A DNA stretch of 56,913 nt from an uncultured Candidatus Sumerlaeota bacterium. Lineage in GTDB: Bacteria > Sumerlaeota > Sumerlaeia > UBA8349. Below the pieces are notes generated by a model. It saw nothing but the letters and a program-made list of their open reading frames with translations, was not told the DNA's origin and searched no databases. Numbering within the stretch: the first letter of the stretch is position 1; each line of letters begins with the position of its first letter. The position numbers were made by a program, and so were the translations under genes. Below, piece by piece: positions 50,576 to 56,913 of the stretch. Location of the stretch: the NCBI GenBank assembly GCA_964462565.1, contig CAYWYC010000002.1:1-56913 (forward strand), written 5' to 3'.

Positions 50576-51805
50576 ATGAAGATTGTCGCTACCATTGCCA
50601 AGGTCATTCTGGTTCTGCTGTGCGTGGGGCTTATCGTCTATGGCGCTTTCTGGTATGGCCGGGAGGAAGCGCCCGATTTTCCCATTGAGCGGCTTGCCGA
50701 AAGTGAAGCCCACGGAACGCCCCCGCGTGTCGAGCGGGAGTTCAAGTTTGGCATGGATATCTCGAAGGCCCGGAAAAGCGAAAAGTCCAGTGCCGGAGAC
50801 TCGGGCACGGAGGCTGTTTCTCTGGCCGAACTTCCGGATCAGGCCTTTTTCATGACCGATGCCGGCTTGGCCGAACTTCAGGAGTATGTGTATCGCGCCC
50901 TGCAGAATCGCATTGCCGATCCCGCCTGGCAGGCTCCGGGAGTTCTGGATAATCCCTATTATATCGCCCGCGATCCCATGACCTTTGTCGCCCGGGATGT
51001 TTATGCCGATACACAAAATAACGACTTTGAGCGGCTGGCCATATCCTATCGCCTGCGGCATCGTTTCCGAAGCCTGAACCAGATGGACAATCATGAAAAG
51101 CGCCCGACCCAGGGGCATCATTTTCCCTATCGCTGTGAAATCCAGTCCAAGACGGAGCGTGAGGAACTGGGCGACGGCTGGAGTCGGGTGAGTGAGGCGC
51201 GCTTTGAATTTCGGGTGGAGTCGGCTCCTTTTTCACCCCAGAATCCCCCGCCCCCTCCTCCGTGGCATGTGAAAGACTATTTCCCCGTCATGCAGAAAGG
51301 GGTCTGGCAGGATATGGTGATATTGCCGGGCAAGGAGTTGGCTGCGTTTTTGAAGGAAAAGAAGGTGGAAGGGCCGGTGACGATTGTGCCGCGCATTATG
51401 CTCGTGACCAGCCGGATGCGTATGCACCTGGACATCAAATCGCCCTACGGCTCGGGTCCGAATCCCGAGCAGGCGTTCATCATCAGTATTGACCGGAGCG
51501 ACGTATTCGATGGGGAGGCATACCTCGATTACCTGCGGGCAAACTGGTACGAACGCAGCGTTCGTCCGCCGGTGCAGGCGACCTTTTTTGAAGTTGAGAT
51601 AGAATTTGAGCGAAACGTTTCTACCGTACTCGACAGGCTTGTCGCCGAAAAAGGTACTCCCGAATTGCGCCGAACCCTGAAAGCCTTTCACCATGACCTG
51701 CAGATGATTCGTGATATCGCCATCGAGGCGCTCGAAGCCCGGGGCGTCCAATGCGATCCCCGCGGTCGCAACAAATACCTGCAATCCTTGCTTGAAATCG
51801 AATGA
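50576..51805 (+). CDS. N-terminally anchored CYTH/triphosphate-tunnel-metalloenzyme-like protein
   Basis: TM/signal segment VILVLLCVGLIVYGAFWY, then ExExK (EREFK), DVYADT, SYRLRHR, EIQSK, RMR, ISID, FEVEIEF and terminal NKY in CYTH order. Confidence 0.7.
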   Translation: MKIVATIAKVILVLLCVGLIVYGAFWYGREEAPDFPIERLAESEAHGTPPRVEREFKFGMDISKARKSEKSSAGDSGTEAVSLAELPDQAFFMTDAGLAELQEYVYRALQNRIADPAWQAPGVLDNPYYIARDPMTFVARDVYADTQNNDFERLAISYRLRHRFRSLNQMDNHEKRPTQGHHFPYRCEIQSKTEREELGDGWSRVSEARFEFRVESAPFSPQNPPPPPPWHVKDYFPVMQKGVWQDMVILPGKELAAFLKEKKVEGPVTIVPRIMLVTSRMRMHLDIKSPYGSGPNPEQAFIISIDRSDVFDGEAYLDYLRANWYERSVRPPVQATFFEVEIEFERNVSTVLDRLVAEKGTPELRRTLKAFHHDLQMIRDIAIEALEARGVQCDPRGRNKYLQSLLEIE

Positions 51806-51912
51806 CAGCCTCAACGACAATCCTGCACAAATTTCTTGCAGAAGCAGCCTTTTCGCGCAATAGTGGAATCCATGACGCCTGGCGTCAGAATGCATGATAT
51901 ACGGGTGATTAT

Positions 51913-52389
51913 ATGGAACGTGTCTTTCACGATATGGAAAAACTGGCCGCGCTGATCTGCGAGATGCAGGATCGCGGGCAGAAGGTGGTTCTGGCGAATG
52001 GCTGCTTCGACGTGGTGCATGGCGGCCATGTGTCTTACCTGGAAGATGCCCGGGCCTGCGGCGATGTTCTCGTGGTCGGCGTGAACAGCGATGCTTCGGT
52101 CCGCAAACTCAAGGGGGCCAACCGTCCTGTCTGCCGTGAACAGGATCGGCTGGACGTATTGGCCGAGATGAAGTGCGTCGATTACCTGATCGTCTTTGAC
52201 GAGGAAAGCTGCGAGCGCCTTCTGCGGACTTTGCGGCCCAATGTTCACGCCAAGGGCACCGATTACACGGCGGACACGGTACCGGAACGCCTGGTATCCG
52301 ACGAGCTCGGCATCGAGACGGTTATCACCGGCATGCCCAAGGAAAACGCCACTAAAACGATGATCCGGAAGGTCTCCGATTCGAATTGA
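51913..52389 (+). CDS. Stand-alone RfaE/HldE domain II-type (heptose-1-phosphate) nucleotidyltransferase
   Basis: NGCFDVVHGGHVSYL, VGVNSDASVRKLKG.NRP and KGTDY. Confidence 0.88.
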   Translation: MERVFHDMEKLAALICEMQDRGQKVVLANGCFDVVHGGHVSYLEDARACGDVLVVGVNSDASVRKLKGANRPVCREQDRLDVLAEMKCVDYLIVFDEESCERLLRTLRPNVHAKGTDYTADTVPERLVSDELGIETVITGMPKENATKTMIRKVSDSN

Positions 52390-52420
52390 CGCGCCGCGTT
52401 TTTCGATTCGGCATCTGCCT

Positions 52421-53518
52421 ATGTCCCGAACTCCCGAAAGCATACTGATTGTCCGTCTCAGCGCCATTGGCGACGTGGTGCACACGATGCCCTGCCTCCA
52501 TGCCCTGCGAGACGCTTTTCCCAAGGCGCGGATCGGCTGGCTCGTGGAAGAACTTTCGGCTTCTCTCCTGCGCGACCATCCTGAAATCGACCAACTCTAT
52601 GCGATTCCCAAAAAGCGCTGGCGCCAGAACAAGTGGCGGACCGTTGTCGGACGCGAGCGGATGCGATTCTACAAGCAGATTCGGCGCGACGGCTGGGAGG
52701 TGGCGATTGATTTCCAGGGCCTGACGAAGAGCGCCATGGCGATGTGGAGGAGCGGGGCAAAGCGGCGGATCGGATATGGCGATGCCGATGGACGCGAGCT
52801 CAGCAAACTTTTTTACACGGACAAGGTCAGGCCTCGGGGATCGGCGGTGCATGTGATCGAACGCAACCTGGCGCTTCTGGGGCCGCTGGGTCTGGAACGC
52901 GGGGCCGATGATGTAGTCTGGCGTTTTCCGGATTTTCACGAGGAAGAAGCCAGCCTGCGGCCTTTTCTGGATGGGATTGCCGCGGACGGTCCTTCGTCGG
53001 GAGAGGGATCGCCGGATTTTATCGGCCTTTATCCCGGCGCCGGATGGATCACCAAGCGCTGGCCGCCGGAGAAGTTTGTCGCATTGGCCCGGCAGCTGGC
53101 CCGGCAGGATGGACTGCCACCCATGGTCCTGATCTGGGGACCAGCCGAGGCCGAAATGGTCGATGCCATTATCCAGCAGGCCGACCTTCCGACAGAAAAA
53201 CTCCGTCCCGCGCCTCCCACGAATCTCCGCGAGCTGACCGCGTTATTGGGCTACTGTTCGGTCATGGTCGCGGGAGACACAGGCCCCATGCACATCGCCG
53301 CCGCCCTGGGCAAAAGGGTCGTGGGCTTATACGGCGGCAGTGATCCAGTCCGGAATGGTCCCTGGGGCAGGGGCCACATTGTTCTGGAGATGGATGACAT
53401 GCCATGCCAGCCCTGCTGGAAGCGAGAATGCCCCAAAGGTCCTGGAGCGCCCTGCATGGAGGGAATAGCGGTCGAGTTGGTAAGCCGTGCCGTGTCGGAG
53501 ATTTATTTTCATTTGTAG
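52421..53518 (+). CDS. Glycosyltransferase family 9 (LPS heptosyltransferase-like)
   Basis: ILIVRLSAIGDVVH, IDFQGLTKS, HVIER, PGAGWITKRWP, GDTGPMHIAAA and CQPCWKRECP. Confidence 0.92.
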   Translation: MSRTPESILIVRLSAIGDVVHTMPCLHALRDAFPKARIGWLVEELSASLLRDHPEIDQLYAIPKKRWRQNKWRTVVGRERMRFYKQIRRDGWEVAIDFQGLTKSAMAMWRSGAKRRIGYGDADGRELSKLFYTDKVRPRGSAVHVIERNLALLGPLGLERGADDVVWRFPDFHEEEASLRPFLDGIAADGPSSGEGSPDFIGLYPGAGWITKRWPPEKFVALARQLARQDGLPPMVLIWGPAEAEMVDAIIQQADLPTEKLRPAPPTNLRELTALLGYCSVMVAGDTGPMHIAAALGKRVVGLYGGSDPVRNGPWGRGHIVLEMDDMPCQPCWKRECPKGPGAPCMEGIAVELVSRAVSEIYFHL

Positions 53519-53558
53519 GGTTTGTTTTCGAAAGGGACCTCCTTCTCCAAATCCGCGA

Positions 53559-53719
53559 TCGTAGTCGGGTTTTTTTGCGCCTGGCAGGGGGACGCCTCTT
53601 ACGAGGCTGACTACGAGCGGGAGCGCAATCGCACTCGCACTCGCAATCGTAATCGTAATCGCAATCGGGTTTTTGCGCCTGGCAGGGGGACGCCTCTTAC
53701 GAGGCTGACTACGAGCGGG
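53559..53719. repeat. Two direct copies of a 55-57-bp hairpin unit separated by CGCAAT/CGCACT/CGTAAT hexamers
   Basis: 53565-53621 and 53665-53719 are identical except for T-run length (7 vs 5). Each contains the hairpin GCCTC-TTAC-GAGGC. The 43-bp hexamer spacer spans 53622-53664. Confidence 0.9.
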
Positions 53720-53744
53720 TGCGGCTTTCAGGGGCGTGGCTTCA

Positions 53745-56045
53745 TTAATTCCGTCGCATCGTCTCGTCCAGCAGGATACGAATGCTCAGGGACAGGTCGC
53801 GTGTGCTCATGGGCTTGAGGAAAAACTCGCGGATTCCAATCTCCCGGGCTTTGTCGGGAGAGATGATGTCGCTGTAACCGGTGTTCAGGATAATCGGGAT
53901 ATCCGGGCGCGTTTCCAGGATTTGAATCGCCATGTCGCTGCCGGTCATGCGGGGCATGGTCTGGTCGGTGATTACGATATCGAAGCTGTCCGGATCGGCC
54001 TTAAAGGTGCTAATCGCGCTTTGCCCGTCTGTGCAGGTGGTAACGCGGTATCCCAGTTTGGTCAGGCGTTGCTTCCAGAGCGCCGTGAGCATATCCTCAT
54101 CATCCACATATAGAATATGTTCGCCTTTTCCACGTATGATGGGTTCGTTTTCCGTTGCGTCCGATCCGTTTTCGTTTTTGATTCGGGGGATATATATGTG
54201 GAAGGTTGTGCCTTCGCCGAGTTGGCTTTCCACCTGGATAGCGCCTCCGAGGCCGGTCACGATCCCATGGACCATGGACAGGCCCAGCCCGGTGCCTTCG
54301 CCCACGGCCTTTGTGGTGAAGAATGGCAGAAAAATCCGCTCACGTACTTCCGGCGCCATGCCGCATCCTGTGTCCGATACGCGCAGGTGGACATAAGGCC
54401 CCTTTTCCAAAAGTTCCAATTGGATCTTCTGGTCCGTTTCAAAGTCGATATTCTCCAGGCTGACTTCCAACTGGCCCCCGTCCTTTTTCATGGCGTGATA
54501 GGCATTGGTGCAGAGGTTCATAATGACCTGGTGGATTTGTGTCGGATCGGCCAGGATGGTTCCGCAGTTTTCCGGGATATTCTGGTGGAAGTCGATGGTG
54601 GTGGGCATGGAGGCGCGCAGGAGTTTGAGGGCTTCCTTGAGGATCGGCTTTATGGAAAGCGGACGCAGTTCCTTATCCACTTTGCGGCTGAAGGTCAGGA
54701 TTTGGGTCACGAGTTCCTTGGCGCGATTTCCGGCGCGCATGATTTGTTTGTTGTATTTGCAGGCGTCGCTATCTTCGGGTACTTCGTCAGTCAGTATTTC
54801 GCTATAGCCCAGGATGGCGGCCAGGATATTGTTGAAATCGTGGGCAATGCCGCCGGCCAGCGTTCCGATGGCTTCCATTTTCTGGGCCTGGCGGAGTTGT
54901 TCCTGCAGGTTGATTTCCTGGGTGATATCGCGACAAAAAGCGACAAAATTCGTGATGTAGCCATCGGGTTCGCTGATGGAGGAAAAGTTGATCTGCATCT
55001 GAAAGGGCAGGCCGTCTTTGCTTTTGGCGGGAATGGTTCCCGACCAGGCCTCTCCGGCGCTGATTTTGGGGAATATCCTGCTTTCCCATTGCTCGTAATT
55101 GTCATTGAGCAGAAAGACCGACATATCCTTGCCCGACAGTTCTTCCAGCGAGAAGCCACTGATACTTTCGAAGGCGGGGTTGACATATTCTATCCGACAT
55201 GCGGGATCGCTGATAATGACCCCTTCTTCCGCCTGTTCTACCACCTTGGCGAGGCGCTTTTGTTTTTTTTCGGAGAGAACGCGTTCGGTGATGTCCTTGA
55301 TGAGGCCGTCATAGGCCACCAACTTGCCCTTGCTGTTCAGGTGAGGGACGGCTGTATTGCTGACCCAGCGGATTCTACCGTCTTTTCGGATAATCCGGTG
55401 CTCAATGGCTTCCCGTTGGCGTTGCTGCAGTATATCTTCGGCAAACTGGCGCACCTTGTCGCGGTCGTCTTCATGGACCATTTTAATCCAGAGATAAGGA
55501 TCGTTTTCCAGTTCGGTCTGGCTGTATCCCGTCACGGCTATGCATGCCGGGCTATGCTCGGTCCACAGTGGAAAATGGTTTTCTACATGAACAGTAAAGA
55601 TATAGTCCGTAATTGATTGCGCCAGTTTGCGATAGCGGTTTTCGCTCTTGCGCAGAGCCATCGAAGACTTTTCCCGTTCTGTCGCGTCTCGAAGGTTGGC
55701 CAGGATGAGTTGTTTGCCCTTGACTTCGAGGATCGTCGCCGCGATATCCATGGGCAGAATAGAACCGTCGGCCCGCTGGATCTGCTGGAACTCAAATACG
55801 CAGTCGCTGTTTTGAATGCTTTCCCGGATTTCCTCGAGGCTGGTTTCGTTTTGCCGGGGGAAAAGGATAGAAAAATGCTGATCCAGGATGTCTTCTTTGC
55901 GATAGCCCAATATGCGTGATAGCGACTTGTTGGCCATTATGATGGCGCCCGTGTCCGGATCAACCAGGATAATCAAGTCGATCCAGTCCTCAAAAATCGC
56001 TTTCAGGGATTCTGTCTGCAATTTGCCGTTACCTGAATAATTCAT
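53745..56045 (-). CDS. Triple-PAS hybrid histidine kinase
   Basis: Three PAS/PAC domains, [42 protein letters not shown]; receiver ILYVDDE..TDQTMP..KP. Confidence 0.92.
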   Translation of the reverse strand: MNYSGNGKLQTESLKAIFEDWIDLIILVDPDTGAIIMANKSLSRILGYRKEDILDQHFSILFPRQNETSLEEIRESIQNSDCVFEFQQIQRADGSILPMDIAATILEVKGKQLILANLRDATEREKSSMALRKSENRYRKLAQSITDYIFTVHVENHFPLWTEHSPACIAVTGYSQTELENDPYLWIKMVHEDDRDKVRQFAEDILQQRQREAIEHRIIRKDGRIRWVSNTAVPHLNSKGKLVAYDGLIKDITERVLSEKKQKRLAKVVEQAEEGVIISDPACRIEYVNPAFESISGFSLEELSGKDMSVFLLNDNYEQWESRIFPKISAGEAWSGTIPAKSKDGLPFQMQINFSSISEPDGYITNFVAFCRDITQEINLQEQLRQAQKMEAIGTLAGGIAHDFNNILAAILGYSEILTDEVPEDSDACKYNKQIMRAGNRAKELVTQILTFSRKVDKELRPLSIKPILKEALKLLRASMPTTIDFHQNIPENCGTILADPTQIHQVIMNLCTNAYHAMKKDGGQLEVSLENIDFETDQKIQLELLEKGPYVHLRVSDTGCGMAPEVRERIFLPFFTTKAVGEGTGLGLSMVHGIVTGLGGAIQVESQLGEGTTFHIYIPRIKNENGSDATENEPIIRGKGEHILYVDDEDMLTALWKQRLTKLGYRVTTCTDGQSAISTFKADPDSFDIVITDQTMPRMTGSDMAIQILETRPDIPIILNTGYSDIISPDKAREIGIREFFLKPMSTRDLSLSIRILLDETMRRN

Positions 56046-56104
56046 GAACCTTTATCTTCCAAAATGCTTTGCCATTCCTATACACTGATAATGTTTTTTG
56101 CGTG

Positions 56105-56473
56105 TTATTCGTTGAGCGCTTTGCTTACAGCATCAAGCAACTCGGACTTGGTGAAGGGCTTGGATAGTGTTCGGCTGGCTCCCAGGTTTTTTGCCATGGC
56201 CAGATAGACATCCGATGAAATCTGGCCGCCTCCCGAGATTGCGATCATGGGCAGCCGGGGATGCTTTTTCCTGATTTGGATAATGGTCTCGATCCCTTCC
56301 ATCTCGGGCATGACTATATCGGTGATGAGCAGGTCGGGTTCATCTTTCTGGCACAGTTTAAGGGCCTCGCGGCCGTTTTGCGCCAGCGTCAATTCATAGT
56401 CATAATGACATAAAATATCCTGGATAAGTTCCCGGACCTGGTCGTCGTCATCCACTACTAAAATCTTCTGCAT
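56105..56473 (-). CDS. Single-domain response regulator (receiver only)
   Basis: ILVVDDD, TDIVMPEMEG, IAISGG and KPF. Confidence 0.92.
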   Translation of the reverse strand: MQKILVVDDDDQVRELIQDILCHYDYELTLAQNGREALKLCQKDEPDLLITDIVMPEMEGIETIIQIRKKHPRLPMIAISGGGQISSDVYLAMAKNLGASRTLSKPFTKSELLDAVSKALNE

Positions 56474-56913
56474 TTTCTACCTTTCCGGGCCTTAGCCGGC
56501 CTGAAGGATCATATAGATGTTTTAGCAATATCGATCCACGTCAGGATGAACTTTAGCCGGAAATAACAGAAAAGTGTTGATTTCAGTTGGGGCCTTTATA
56601 AATTAAGTATGATAGAACATCAAAGTTACTCACATAACAAAATCTGGCAGATTATTGACTGGCCTTAAGTCCTGAAAACAGAAGCAATTTGCCTTGGTTA
56701 CTGTGTAAGGAAAATAACTTGACACCTGGAATCACCCCAGGTTCCTCCGTACTCCGGCTAGCCCCAGAAAACCATACAACCCCCGGCTCTCCCTCATGAT
56801 ACTTTAATCGCTTTTGCGTTGACAGCCGCCGTTTCATGACGCAAAATGATTGAGCCTTTCGTATCAATGGTTCTATCCGTTTTTCGCAGTACAATTGCGG
56901 TGCTCATGCGGTG

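Noticed and set aside
53565-53719. Possible mini CRISPR array (repeat-spacer-repeat)
   Set aside because: There are only two units, of 55-57 bp, the spacer is a low-complexity hexamer run, and no cas genes are present.
53522-53818. 98-aa ORF containing RNRTRTRNRNRNR
   Set aside because: It is simply the translation of the hexamer repeat, with a TTG start and no RBS.
56474-56913. 80-aa minus-strand ORF or possible ncRNA at the window end
   Set aside because: The region is AT-rich and promoter-like with no recognisable coding or RNA motif, and it cannot be resolved without flanking sequence.

Overview
A GC-rich bacterial chromosomal segment. It is probably from a diderm, because it carries ADP-heptose and GT9 genes. 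I found no rRNA, tRNA, CRISPR array or transposase. Housekeeping genes: priA, recF, mutS, recN, asnS, rlmD, aroB, aroQ and a DAHP synthase. Signalling genes: four large PAS/GAF hybrid histidine kinases and one single-domain response regulator. Two modules stand out. (1) A four-gene operon at 46.8-51.8 kb encodes a CotH-like membrane-anchored kinase, a VTC-type polyphosphate-polymerase domain protein, a DUF4956 membrane protein and a second, N-terminally anchored CYTH/TTM tunnel enzyme. It is a candidate cell-envelope polyphosphate or phosphotransfer system and sits next to heptose genes. (2) A DeoR-associated divergon at 23.3-31.9 kb splits a 2-oxoacid/acetoin-dehydrogenase-type complex (fused E1 alpha-beta, E2 with one lysine-less lipoyl domain, E3) and interleaves it with a D-lyxose-family isomerase and an MtlD-like dehydrogenase. 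This suggests oxidative ThDP/lipoate cleavage of a ketose. Also present: a tandem SPFH paralogue pair, a double-wHTH/Zn-ribbon membrane protein, a 313-bp MITE-like element with 51-bp terminal inverted repeats, a perfect 34-bp palindrome, and a dispersed family of ACACGAAA and CGCAAT/CGCACT intergenic repeats. All functional calls come from motif recognition by eye; no database searches were run.
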